From Octopus sinensis (Eukaryota): DNA of 55,746 nucleotides. The stretch spans positions 1 to 55,746 of the forward strand of contig NW_021833716.1 in assembly GCF_006345805.1 (NCBI RefSeq), given 5' to 3'. The notes beneath the pieces are model-generated. The model searched no databases and was not told the origin of the DNA. It was given only the letters and a program-made list of their open reading frames with translations. Of this stretch, positions 12,607-25,610 are shown in pieces (within the stretch, counting starts at the first letter, position 1; each line of letters starts with the position of its first letter). Position numbers and translations under genes: made by a program.

Positions 12607-12755
12607 GAAGCGTATGGCTTAGTGGTTAGCGTGATGGGTTCATGATCGTAAGAGTGTGGTTTCGATTCCTGGATAGGGCGATGCGTTGTGTTCTTGAACA
12701 AGACACTTCATTTCACGTTGCTCCAGTCCACTACTCATCTGGTAAAAATGAGTCA
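12607..12755 (+). mobile_element. tRNA-derived CORE-like SINE family S3, 5' part
   Basis: tggcttagtggttagc (A box), ggtttcgattcc (B box), then gtgttcttgaacaagacactt (CORE-like). Confidence 0.75.
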
Positions 12756-14240
12756 TCCTACGATAAATAGCTGGCCCCCTCCATGTGCGGGTGGGGTGGG
12801 GGAAAATGTACGCCTCAGAATCCGGGTACCTGGCCATATGAGCTTCTCTTGAACAGAAACCCAATTGCAGCAATGAAGAATGAGCTTATTTCATTATTTG
12901 TCATTACAAAGGCCAAGACAGGCAGAGGGCACAATCGGTAACACGCTTAGCTACATTCATTCCAGTTCTTAATGTTCTGCGTTCAAATCCGGTGAGGTCA
13001 AATTTGCCTTTCACCCGTTTCGGTGTCTATAAAATAAATATCAGTGGAGCGGTGAGGCCAATCTAATCTACAAGCTCTTTCCCCCAAAATTTAATTCCTT
13101 GCATTCAAAACTGAAACGAAAATTATTTCACAAAACACGGATGATCGTATTTACTGTTCAGTCCAAAGTCATTTTTGATCAAGCCAATGATCAAAGCGCT
13201 CCAATCATGACAATCTCGTTTTAGTTTTCGAGCAACGTATCTCTACCACTTCGTTATTTTTCACTTGTACCTTTCTGTTCATTTTCAGATGTCAAGTTCA
13301 GTTGAGTCTTTAGAGAAACTTCGCTGCTATATCTAGGAGGTCGAGAAACTCACTGGTCGACTCCTGAAACAAAAAAAAAAGAAAAAATTGTAAAAAAGCA
13401 ACCAAAAATGGTTAGTTGTTGTTGTTATTGTGGTTGTTGTTGTTGTTGGTGGTGTTTAACTGCAGGCTAGCGCTCAGTAATAAATATTGTAGGTATGCAT
13501 GTGTGTGTGTATGTATGTATGTATGTGTGTGTGTATGTATGTATGTATGTATGTATGTATGTATGTATGTATGTATTTATGTATGTATGTATGTATGTAT
13601 GTATGTATGTATGTATTTATGTATGTATGTATGTATGTATGTAAGTATGTATGTGTGTATGTATGTATTTATGTATGTATGTATGTATGTAAGTATGTAT
13701 GTATGTATGTATGTATTTATGTATGTATGTATGTGTGTATGTATGCATGTATGTATGTACACGCATGCACGTAAGCACACACACACTGGCACGTATGCAT
13801 TGGCTAGTGTGCCTAAAAAGTATTGGCATGAATTAATCACACGTTATTATTATTTTTTCTCTTGTACTTCTAGTCAGGCGACTAACTTGCGTCGCTATAT
13901 ACAAAGATATATAAGAATGTATGTGTTGAGATAGACACCCATAGATATAACGACAGACATCCTGATATGTGCACGCATACATACAAACACACACGTATAT
14001 ATATATGTGTATGTGTGTGTATGTGTGTGTGTGTGTGTAAATATATATATATATATATATATTTTATATATATACACACACATATATATATACATATATA
14101 TACATATATATATACAAATATGCACGCATATATACATACATACTTACATACATATATATATATACACATATATATACACATATATACATATATATGTATA
14201 TATATACATATATATGTGTATATATATATATATGTGTGTG

Positions 14241-14285
<45 letters not shown>

Positions 14286-14800
14286 TATATATTTTATATA
14301 CATAAAGACATATATCCATACATACCTGTATCTACGTCAGTCTCAATATGTGTGTGCGTGAATTTATGTATGTATAAGGTGTATATGTATGCGTGTGCGT
14401 GTGCGTGCTTGCCTGACAAGGAACACGAGGAAAAGAAACCAAACTAAAAAGACAACAACAAAAAAAGACAAAGAAAAAATGCAATGATTAATTGGTTCCA
14501 TTGGTATTGGAATACACTTGAAAATCTATTGACCGCCAGACGGATATAATATTAACTGCGATGTGGTATGAATATTTTAACAATGGCTGCCTTAGTTATC
14601 TGACTGCGATAAGGAATACTTCCTCCGACAACAACGACAACTACAACCACAACGCAACATATGTATATACATGTGTCGGAAGGGGGGATATGGGGCCGTT
14701 AATAGTAGGAAAGGATGGAAAAAAAGAAAAACCAATCCTTAGTAGCGTAAAATGGAGTATCTATTGTATTTATTTAATTTATCCGACTGGAACTGAGCCG

Positions 14801-14858
14801 ACGGCTACTTGCAGTTTCCCTACCTGAAAAAAATCCCGTAAGTTCGTCAGGCAGCCAT
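14801..14858 (-). ncRNA. Degenerate hammerhead motif
   Basis: 8-bp stem I AUGGCUGC/GUAGCCGU; CUGACGA-A; stem II CUUAC/GUAGG; GAAA-CUGCAA. A 2-nt loss would explain the missing GU of an ACUGCAGU palindrome. Confidence 0.5.
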
Positions 14859-15032
14859 GTTGCAGAAGAGACCAAAGCATATGTCTGAGTACTTACATAT
14901 ATACATACATACATACATACATACATAATACATACATACATACATACATACATACATACATACACACATACACACATACACACGTACATACACACATACA
15001 TGCATACATACATACATACATACATACATACA

Positions 15033-15063
<31 letters not shown>

Positions 15064-15410
15064 GTACCCATATATATGCATATATATAGGTATATACACA
15101 CACACATATATATATATGTGCAAATATATATGTATATGTATAGACATATATGTGTGTATGTATATATATATATATATTAATATATATGTATTGGTGTGTA
15201 TATGTGTGTATGCTTTCATATGGTTTCGTATACATTTTTATATACGTAACCATACATATATCCATGTGAGAAAGGCTATGTATATGGAAATGTTTTATAT
15301 TGAGACACACTAATATATCATATATACATTTTATCATATATATATATGTGTGTGCGTTTATGTGTGTATGTGTGTGTGCTATGCTTCCATTTGCATAATT
15401 GCACACACAC

Positions 15411-15441
<31 letters not shown>

Positions 15442-15775
15442 TGTATGTATGTATGTATGTATGTGTGTATGTATGTATGTATGCATATATATAAAACATA
15501 AATATACGTAGCGTGTATGCATATATATATATATATGTATGCATATATGTACGTATATGTATATATATATATATATACATACATACATACATATAAATAC
15601 ACATGTCCATACGTGTATACATTTATGTGATCACGTGCTCCTTTATATATCTACATCTCTATTCGTTCATACATACAAACGCAATCACAAACACCCACAT
15701 GTATAGGTACACGCGCACACACACAAACGCATTTACAGAGTGAACGATAGACAAGGTACTTGAGAAAAAGAGAGA

Positions 15776-15814
<39 letters not shown>

Positions 15815-16211
15815 CGAGAGATCCGAACAAGCTGACAGAGGGAGACAGACTAACAGAATGACAGAGAGACATAGTTGTGAGGCACATCATATACTCCGAC
15901 ACCATTAATAACAACAAATATGGACGTCAGATCGTTATCAATTCCTCTCTTGCCGCCATTAGGTAATTTACAATATTTCTTCATTTACCTTTCTATATAT
16001 TATATTTCCTGGCTCTAATTTTTTTATAGCAGAGTTCTTTCTAGCCATTTACTGGTCTTGGTGGTATTGTCAGGAAAGTAATCTCGCAGGAATTGGAAAA
16101 AAAGGGAGATAAGAGAAGCGAAAAGAAAGGATCTTCGCTCAAAAAGATCATTACTTTTTTTTACATCATTTTTGCTTAATAATTTTTATAGTTTTTTTAT
16201 TATTATTATTA

Positions 16212-16257
<46 letters not shown>

Positions 16258-16611
16258 TGTTTTTGTTCCCTTGTCTAATTTTGAGGGTTAATTATGTATA
16301 CTTCTACTTTGGTTGTTGTATGGATGTGTTTGTGTTAGCGGCCGTGTCAGGTATCTTATGTCGCGTGGAGACTCGCAAACACAATCACACAGCCATATGT
16401 ACGTAAATACACACCCACGCACACACGCGTGCACACACATGCACACACACACATACACATATATATACATATACATATGGCCGTGTGGTTAAGAAGTTCA
16501 ATAGGCAATTAGGTGGGTAGTTTCGGGTTCGATCGCATTGCACATCACATTGGTTAAGTCTCTTATGCTATGTCTGCCCAATGCATTGAGTAGAAAATAT
16601 GTGGAAGTCCG

Positions 16612-16660
<49 letters not shown>

Positions 16661-16674
16661 AAAGATATAAACAT

Positions 16675-16820
16675 CAGTCTGCCGTTACGTTCTGAGTTCA
16701 AATTCTGCCATGGTAGAATTTGTGTTTCATCCTTTCAGAATCGATTAAATAAGTACCAATCGCTTTGGCTATCCTTGTTTGTCCCCTCCATGTTTAGCAC
16801 CATGTGGGCAATAAGGAAAT
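16675..16820 (+). mobile_element. Internally deleted S1 SINE
   Basis: gtctgccgttacgttctgagttcaaattc...catcctttc...aagtacca...gtcccctccatgtttagc...gtgggcaataaggaaata. Confidence 0.75.
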
Positions 16821-17271
16821 AAATATTGATCATTTTCCTTCATTGACCCCAAACCTTTATGGTTGTTGTCCTTTCACTTGCCAATGCGTTGTTACTTCCA
16901 ATCTTCGCATGTCGACTTATATTCGGATGCGCTTTGCTTCTATTTCAAATTGTTATCAATATGCATTTTTCTTTCTTTGTTTTCGGTTTATCATGTCAAT
17001 TTATCCCTTTTCAATGCTCTGCTTTTCGATTACATAATAATTTGAAAAAATTTTTTTTATATTCCTTATTTGGATATCACTTTTTGCAGGCGTAGTCCAA
17101 CGGAAAATGATATACAGAAAAACAATTTTAGAACGGCATCTTTGTGTAACAGTCCGCATGACAAGCAGAAATGGAATAACCAGCGAACTGACCAATGGAA
17201 AACGATGACTCAACAATGAATAAAGAGATATGAATTATAATGAAGAGCAATCGACAACTTAAGTATAATCT

Positions 17272-17870
17272 TTTCAACTCTAGGCACAAGGCCCGAAATT
17301 TTGGTGGAAGGGAACAGTCGATTAGATCGACCCCAGTATGCAACTGGTACTTAATTTATCGAACTCGAAAGGATGAAGGGCAAAGTCGACCTTGGTGGAA
17401 TTTGAATTCAGAACGTAACGGCAGACGAAATACTGCTAAGCATTTACGCCCGGCGTGCTAACGATTCTTATTTCTTTATTGCCCACAAGGGGCTAAACAT
17501 AGAGGGGACAAACAAGGTCAGACAAAGTCGATTACATCGACCCCAGTGCATAACTGGTACTTATTCAATCGACCCCGAAAGGATGAAAGGCGAAGTTGAC
17601 CTGGGCGGAATTTGAACTCAGAACGTAAAGACACAAAATATCTGTTTCTTTATTACCCACAAGGGGCTACACACAGAGGGGACAAACAAGGACAGACAAG
17701 CGGATTAAGTCGATTACATCGACCCCAGTGCGTAACTGGTACTTTATTTATCGACTCGAAAGGATGAAAAGCAAAGTCGACCTCGGCGGAATTTGAACTC
17801 AAAACGTAAAGAGAAAATATCACTAAGCATTTCGCCCGACGTGCTAATGTTTCTGCCAGCTTGCCACCTT
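17272..17870 (-). mobile_element. Tandem/nested trimer of S1 SINEs inside one TSD
   Basis: Units at about 17272-17468 (short tail), 17470-17640 and 17643-17870 (long tail); caacttaagtat at 17255-17266 and 17873-17884. Confidence 0.85.
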
Positions 17871-18198
17871 CGCAACTTAAGTATTATAAACACGCCAACC
17901 AGTGAGAACTTTTAAAACAAACAAAATGGAAGTTGAGAACGACAACCATATAGAACGCTTTAATAAAACAGTACTTAGAAGTCGGCGAATGTAAACGATA
18001 GCTACACACGTTCGAGTTTATAGAAAATTAACTTGAAATATAACAGTTGATCTAATATTTGCAACTTGGTGAAAATGTAGTCATCAGGAAAAATATTATT
18101 TTAAACGCATCTCCTATTTCTGTTTTTATATTATCTCAATCTTTCAATGATTAAACACTTCTTAAAGTAAGGGACATTTTATTTCATTTGCAAAAACT

Positions 18199-18905
18199 TT
18201 AGCAGGCCGGGCGAAATGCGTAGCCGTATTTCGTCTGCTGTTACGTTGTGGGTTCAAATTCCGCCGCGGTCGACTTTGCCTTTCATCCTTTCGGGGTCGA
18301 TAAATAAAGTACCAGTTACGCACTGGGGTCGATGTAATCGACTTAATCCCTATGTCTGTCCTTGTTTGTCCCCTCTATGTTTAGCCCCTTGTGGGCAATA
18401 AAGAAATATATATTATCTCAATCTTTCAATGATTAAACACTTCTTAAAGTAAGAGGCATTTTATTTCATTTGCAAAAACTTTAGCAGGCCGGGTGAAATG
18501 CTTAGCGGTATATCGTCTGTCTTTACGTTCTGAGTTCAAATTCCGCCGAGATCAACTTTGCCTTTCATCTTTTCGGGGTCGATAAATTAAGTACCAGTTG
18601 CGTACTGGGGTCGATCTAATCGACTGTCCCCCTCCCCCAAAATTTCGGGCCTTGTCCCTGGAGTAGAAAAGAAACGTACCTAATACTTAAAGTTGCGAAC
18701 TGTCGGAATCGTTAGCACGCGGGACAAAATGCTTAGCGACATTCCGTTCGTTTTTACGTTTCTGCGTTCGAATTCTGCCGAGGTTGACTTTGCTTTCCAT
18801 CCTTTCGCGGTACATGAAATAAGTACCAGTTGAGCAGCAAGGTTGGTGTAATCGACTTTGATACTTCCCCGAATTTGCTGGCCTTGTGCCAAAATTTAAA
18901 ACCAA
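18199..18905 (+). mobile_element. Three S1 SINE copies in tandem (about 18199-18407, 18480-18673, 18700-18905)
   Basis: Each has gttc(a/g)aattc(c/t)gcc..gtc/ttgactttgc..ttcatc..aagtaccagtt. Confidence 0.85.
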
Positions 18906-19526
18906 TATTTAAAGCAATCTAGCTGCAAATTACGAAATATTACGAAGGAATCTTAACTATAGCAATTAACTATTATTTTATAAGGAAAAAATAAGACAAG
19001 TTAACAGTAGGAAACATATGGAGTTAGTCTGGGTAGGAGAGGTCTTCGGATTAAAATTAGTCTGTAGAAATGAGCGTCAGGGTCAATATTAATTTATGGA
19101 AGGCCTAACCTCTCATACTGAACCCGGGGTGATGTTTTTTTTTAGAGAAAAGTGTGTTTTATATGCCATGAAATACGTTTGGTTCCTGTCACTCATCCAC
19201 TTACACAGGCAGAGTAATTCTCTCTACCCTCTCACTCTCTCTCTCTCCCTCTCTCTCTCAAACACACACACACACATACACACACACACACAAACACACA
19301 CACATGCAAACTCTCTCTCACACAGCAACTTTCTCTCACTATTTTTGTCACACACACACACACACACATATACACACATCAACTCTGTCACACATATACA
19401 TTCCCAGAGTAACTCTCTCTTTTTGCCTCTCTCTCTCTCTCTCTCATACACACCGTCACACAAATCCGCAGAAATAAATGAACAATCATCTTTCAAATAA
19501 GAATCGCCAAAGGTACATCACACCAT

Positions 19527-19560
<34 letters not shown>

Positions 19561-20046
19561 CACACAACGTTCGCCACCCTGAACGTCTGCCAATTCAGAA
19601 GTATTTATCTAATACCATCTTTACTCCACCCTTTTTCTACTCCACCTTCACACCCTCAGTTGGCGACCATAATAAAGACAACTCCTTAATTTAACCCCTT
19701 AAACATATACAAAGAACGGGGACTCAAAAGAAACGTCCCCAAAATAACAAAAAATAAAAAAGCAGCCATTTTCTTTTTTTTGTGGTGTAAATTTGAGAAG
19801 AACAGCGAATGAATTGGGTGGCTTTTTTCATTGGTGGGAGTCCTGGTTGGAAGTGGTAGTAGTGGTAGTGGTGATGATACAGGGTGGAGAGGCTAATCAG
19901 CTACATCAATCACCTATCACTCTTATACACACTCGCAAACACACGCACACATAGGTAGAGAAATATAGACGCGCGCGCGCATACAGATTTAACTGTCTTG
20001 CTTATCTGCCTGTCTATAGACGTGAGTGTATGCGTATGTGTATGTA

Positions 20047-20079
<33 letters not shown>

Positions 20080-20253
20080 GCATGTGCGTGCGTGTGTGTG
20101 TTTATATTTACTTGCATACGCATTTGTGTATGTAAATATATATATATATATATATATACACCTACATACATCCCTATATATATATACACACGTATATACA
20201 TATATATACATACACAGATATATATGTATATCCATATCTATATCTTATATATA

Positions 20254-20284
<31 letters not shown>

Positions 20285-20376
20285 ACATGTACATATATAT
20301 ATATATATATATAATATATATATATATACATACATATATATATACACATACACACACACACACACACATATATATG

Positions 20377-20414
<38 letters not shown>

Positions 20415-20542
20415 TAGAGATAGACGGACATAAATTAAAGAGAGAGAGAGAGCGGAAGAGGGTGATAACATATATTTACCCAACCCTACATAACAAGCTG
20501 TCTTAACATCTTGTCACTCTGGACATCTGTCTGCCTTTCTGC

Positions 20543-20578
<36 letters not shown>

Positions 20579-21314
20579 ATATATATCTATCTATCTATCT
20601 ATCTCTCTCTGTCTCTCTCTTCCCTATCTGCATTTCTTCTTCACTTTTGACCATTTAACGCCCGTCTACAATCACACTGTCACCTTTTATCTTGTTCCAC
20701 CTTTCTCACACATCATATTTCTATCATTCCCTACCATACTTTATTTATTTATTTATTCTCATTTTGTTTCCTCCACCATTTTTTTCACCGTCCAAGAAGA
20801 CAGTAACATTGATCTTTATAGTTTTCAATACATCTTTTGTTTTTATCTTTCTATCACCCATTTTCCATCTTTGGCCATTCTTTCACTTTATCTGTCTCTC
20901 TTCCTCCCTCCCTCTCGTTCTCCCTCTAATCTATCCATTTCTTTCACTCGCTGGCTGTCCTTCCTCCTCGCCAGTCTATCTCTCAATCTGTCTGTTTCTT
21001 TCTTTTCATATATGCTTGTGCGTGCTTGTATCTTTCTCTCACTGTATATGAGTGCGTGTGTGAAAAATTTTATAACACTATCCAATGTTTGAAAAGAAAT
21101 TTAATTAAAAAACTTCAAAAGATATCAACAAGACAAAAACCAGACTAACACAAGCCTGATGGAAGAGTAGTTTTGTGTGTAAGCGCTTTCCTTGGCTTCA
21201 GTTCTTCAAATACGCCCGTGTTGTTCTGTTTTCTTTTAAAATTTCGTTAAGTTTTCATTATTTAATTCTTTTCAAATATATAAGAATGCATGAATGTGTG
21301 TGTCTGTATGTGTG

Positions 21315-21354
<40 letters not shown>

Positions 21355-21987
21355 TGCGTGTTTACTGGTTCCTGTCATTAGATGGTTACTAATTTGGGGT
21401 CTTATCTTCAAGACGCAGAGTACATATTCGAGTCTCAAATTTACTTTGTCGATCTCTACACTTGGGAGTCTGGAATTTTTTACTCGTAAATTAACGCCGT
21501 TTCTAAGAGGCTCCGGCCGTGTTAATCTTCAATCTTGTATTAGTCTTCAATCTTCCATCAATTATCATTCATTCCCCCATCTTTCCATAGCTATCTCACT
21601 CCTTATATATTTACTATTCTCTCTCTTCCCCTCTTTCTGCTATACTATCGCCCTCTCTTTCATAGACACCAATATCAGTCAGCGTTCCTTTCATCAGTTC
21701 CTCTCTACATCTTCACACCTTTTACTCTTTCAATCCTGGCCTCCTTTTACTCTCTCTTTCTCTCTTTCTCTCTCTCTCTATCCTTCCCTTACTTACTCTT
21801 ACCTTTTCCTTTCACTTCTCCCCTTCATTCTATTCCTGCTGTCACGATATTCGCTACTTTATTGTCCTCTCTCAATTTTACGAGCCATATACTATCAATC
21901 AATAACGTATGCACACACATACACACATTATGTATATATATATATATATAATACATATGTGTATATATATACATATAATACACACAC

Positions 21988-22050
<63 letters not shown>

Positions 22051-22069
22051 CATATATATATATATGTAA

Positions 22070-22323
22070 ATCACGTGATCACGTGACCGACCAGACTATC
22101 AGATGTTGTTACACATCGCTGGTCACAATGCGTTCGCATTGTTGCAGCCATCCCGCTGGCTAAGCGAGCAGGCCAACAGAAGAAAGAGTGGGAGAAAGAG
22201 TACAGCAGGGATCACCACCCCCTGCCGGAGCGTCGTGGAGCTTTTAGGTGTTTTCGCTCAATAAACACTCACAACGCCCGGTCTGAGAATCGAAACCGCG
22301 ATCCTACGACCATTGCGCCTCCA
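22070..22323 (-). mobile_element. tRNA-headed SINE (S3-related subfamily)
   Basis: Minus strand gtggaggcgcaatgg..ggtttcgattctc..gtgtttattgagcgaaaacacc; a degenerate relative of its 3' part lies at about 38320-38445. Confidence 0.65.
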
Positions 22324-22423
22324 CATATATGCAAATATATATATATATAAATATACATATTTGTGTATATATACTGATATACGCATACATACATACAAAT
22401 ACATCTGTTTGTTGTTTACACAC

Positions 22424-22835
22424 CCTCTTTTACTCTTTTACTCTTTTACTTGTTTCAGTCATTTGACTGCGGCCATGCTGGAGCACCGCCTTTAGTCGAG
22501 CAAATCGACCCCAGGACTTATTCTTTGTAAGCCCAGTACTTATTCTATCGGTCTCTTTTGCCGAACCGCTAAGTGACGGGGGCGTAAACACACCAGCATC
22601 GGTTGTCAAGCAATGCTAGGGGGGGCAAACACAGACACACACACACACACATATATATACATATATATATACGACAGGCTTCTTTCAGTTTCCGTCTACC
22701 AAATCCACTCACAAGGCATTGGTCGGCCCGGGGTTATAGCAGAAGACACTTGCCCAAGATGCCACGCAGTGGGACTGAACCCGGAACCATGTGGTTGGTT
22801 AGCAAGCTACTTACCACACAGCCACTCCTTCACCT
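22424..22835 (-). mobile_element. Full-length S2 SINE with internal (TA)/(CA) tract
   Basis: tRNA head, CORE-like cttgggcaagtgtctt, central microsatellite, 3' ...gcatggccgcagtcaaatgactgaaacaagtaaaagagtaaaagag. Confidence 0.9.
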
Positions 22836-23119
22836 ACGTTTTTTGTTTTTCATTTTTGTAAATTCTCTCTATATATTACGCGCTCACGTGGTCGCACCAG
22901 TTTTATCCTGTCTCCACCTCAATTTCACTTCAAACATTTCTTGGACTATTTTATCTGGATTCTCTACCTGGACTCTCCTCAACTCTCCTGCACTCGGACT
23001 CCTACACTTCAGCCTCTTCCTTTGATGAGAAATCGCTCCAATACATACGACGTTTGAACCTTTTGAACTTTCCTAAACTTTTTTGTACTTTCTGCTTTTT
23101 TCCTATTGTCGTTTCTGTC

Positions 23120-23308
23120 CAAGATAGATCGCTAGCCACTAAACCTTTTTCTATTTTCTGTCCCTGTATATTTCTGTGTTCCTTTTTGTTGAAGAGCGTA
23201 GGCTTGAAACGTAAAAGACTTTCTCACTTCCCAAGCGTTAAAATAATACATCTGTTTGTTGATTACAGACACCCGTCTTCATCTTTGGATATTTGTAAAT
23301 TCTCAATA
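23120..23308 (+). mobile_element. HHR family A copy (degenerate HHR at 23182-23217)
   Basis: cttt-ttgttga-a-gagcgtaggctt-gaaacgt-a-aaag; homologous to 9305-9510. Confidence 0.65.
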
Positions 23309-23554
23309 TATATATATATATATATTATATATATTATATATATATATATATATATATTTAAGTAGATGAATGAATTATCTTAGTATGAATAATTAGGTTA
23401 ACCGATACCTGGGTAGCAAATTCACGTCACAAAAACACGGTTGAAGCTACATGCCAAGGGCAGAGATCACGTGCTTTCGTGTGGAAATTTGTGTGTTTTT
23501 AATACAAATAAATGAAAGAATGGAGTTGAACGACGATTTAACAAAATTCCTTTA

Positions 23555-23637
23555 TTCTCGACATATGTTTCGAAGGCTGCATATTCCTAATTTCGAAGGA
23601 ATAAGGGGTGCATTATGCCGCCTTTTCATCAGGAAAA
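23555..23637 (-). ncRNA. Type I hammerhead motif, copy 1
   Basis: Stem I UUUUC/GAGAA; CUGAUGA; stem II AAGGC/GCCUU then GCAUA/UAUGC (A.C mismatch at its base); GAAA-CAUAUG-UC with ACAUAUGU palindrome; GUC cleavage triplet. Confidence 0.7.
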
Positions 23638-23659
23638 ACTCCATTCTTTCATTTATTTG

Positions 23660-23690
<31 letters not shown>

Positions 23691-23894
23691 TATATATTTA
23701 AGTAGATGAATGAATTATCTTAGTATGAATAATTAGGTTAACCGATACCTGGGTAGCAAATTCACGTCACAAAAACACGGTTGAAGCTACATGCCAAGGG
23801 CAGAGATCACGTGCTTTCGTGTGGAAATTTGTGTGTTTTTAATACAAATAAATGAAAGAATGGAGTTGAACGACGATTTAACAAAATTCCTTTA

Positions 23895-23977
23895 TTCTCG
23901 ACATATGTTTCGAAGGCTGCATATTCCTAATTTCGAAGGAATAAGGGGTGCATTATGCCGCCTTTTCATCAGGAAAA
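23895..23977 (-). ncRNA. Type I hammerhead motif, copy 2
   Basis: Identical to copy 1, 340 bp away. Confidence 0.7.
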
Positions 23978-23995
23978 ACTCCATTCTTCATTTAT

Positions 23996-24026
<31 letters not shown>

Positions 24027-24599
24027 ATATATATATATTATATATATATAATTATAACAATAAGAGTTTAGCAACAAGTTGCTTGAACACATACCGAAAA
24101 TTTTAGAAATAGCAGCCAAAAGACTACTATTTCCTTTTACTACAAAACTAAGTCTCCACAGACAACAATATTTGTAACTCACACATGGCAAAAAGAAGAA
24201 AAATAATGAAATCAAAAAGTCCTCGATTAATTATGGACGCGTTTCTGGATTAGAATCATAAGATTCATTTCCGTTATTAACATGATATTAAATAAATCTG
24301 AAGATGCTAGGAAAACTTGCCCTTTATATTTCTGACCAAGCATCATCGGAACATATAAAAGTTAATCAGCATATCCACATTTATATAGACGAGTGAATTC
24401 GTATTTCCCTCCAAATTTTCTACCATGTGCGTTACAACATAATACTACCGAAAAAAGTTCGTAGTTTTGTCGTAGGGGAGTGAAATAATGATTATATATA
24501 TATATATATATCATGGTTGTTTTCCCATTTATCTCATTCCTTATTTTTCGTTAACGAGAGAATATGACAAAGTGTATTCTCCAACATTGTTTACAGTTT

Positions 24600-25030
24600 C
24601 GTTCGAGCGTTCCACCATTGTAGCATTGCCTTGACGGAAGAAATGATCGCGTCTGGACTACATAATTACATCGTTCTACGTCTTCCGTTTCCCGTTATTG
24701 TTGAACGAGTTGCCTCACAGACCGTAAAAGATAATAGTGTTAAGTGTCACATCATCAGAAGACAGTGGGCGCGGTGGACTTGGCATCTCAGCTCTTGAAA
24801 GGCATTCTTCAACATTTTCGACACCGATGGTCTTTCAGGAATTGTGGCAGCCATTCACCGAGCTTTTAGACTTTAGCCATCGAGTAAAGGTGAGAGTAAA
24901 GGAACACAGTAAAGGTTAGAGCATCCGATGGTTAGGCAAATCCCCTAACGGACTGAACAGGTCGACCAGAGCGCAGACAGTGTGTGAGGTCAGATTCTTC
25001 TACACCCCATCATCATGCGTGAAAACCATT
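24600..25030 (+). mobile_element. Possible highly decayed L1/Tx1-like LINE fragment
   Basis: Only the RGGLGI..LWQPF motif (ORF 24737-24919) resembles the post-RT GGLG motif; weak. Confidence 0.25.
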
Positions 25031-25038
25031 CCTGTGGA

Positions 25039-25610
25039 GTTTTTCCTTTGTATTTCAGTAATAGCACCCACCTTCTCTGGTTTTTCCTTTGTATTTCAGT
25101 AATAGCACCCACCTTCTCTGGTTTTTCCTTTGTATTTCAGTAATAGCACCCACCTTCTCTGGTTTTTCCTTTGTATTTCAGTAATAGCACCCACCTTCTC
25201 TGGTTTTTCCTTTGTATTTCAGTAATAGCACCCACCTTCTCTGGTTTTTTTCCTTGTATTTCAGTAATAGCACCCACCTTCTCTGGTTTTTTCCTTTGTA
25301 TTTCAGTAATGCACACCTTCTCTGGTTTTTCCTTTGTATTTCAGTAATAGCACCACCTTCTCTCTGGTTTTTCCTTTGTATTTCAGTAATAGCACCCACC
25401 TTCTCTGGTTTTTTTCCTTGTATTTCAGTAATGAGCACCCACCTTCTCTGGTTTTTTCTTGTATTTCAGTAAAGCCCCACCTTCTCTGGTTTTTCCTTTG
25501 TATTTCAGTAATAGCACCCACTTCTCTAGTTTTTCCTTTGTATTTCAGTAATAGCACCCACCTTCTCTGGTTTTTTCTTTGTATTTCAGTAATAGCACCC
25601 ACCTTCTCTG
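25039..25610. repeat. 41-bp minisatellite, about 14 copies
   Basis: Unit gtttttcctttgtatttcagtaatagcacccaccttctctg; later copies differ mainly by single-base indels. Confidence 0.95.

Larger units (their letters stand above)
23357..23998 (-). repeat. 340-bp head-to-tail duplication, each unit carrying a hammerhead
   Basis: Units 23357-23659 and 23697-23998 are identical except a 1-nt indel and are separated by (TA)n; duplicated ORFs at 23451 and 23791. Confidence 0.9.

Noticed and set aside
14774-14822. Minus-strand acceptor tttttcag followed by a short frame GRETASSRRLSSSRIN
   Set aside because: Better explained as part of the degenerate hammerhead repeat at 14801-14858.
13416-15622. [12 protein letters not shown] ORFs here and throughout the window
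   Set aside because: Translations of (TATG)n, (TA)n and (CA)n microsatellites.
25039-25610. 41-bp array as a CRISPR array or repeat protein
   Set aside because: No spacers; the period is not a multiple of 3 and indels are frequent, so it is a plain minisatellite. Some indels may be sequencing error.
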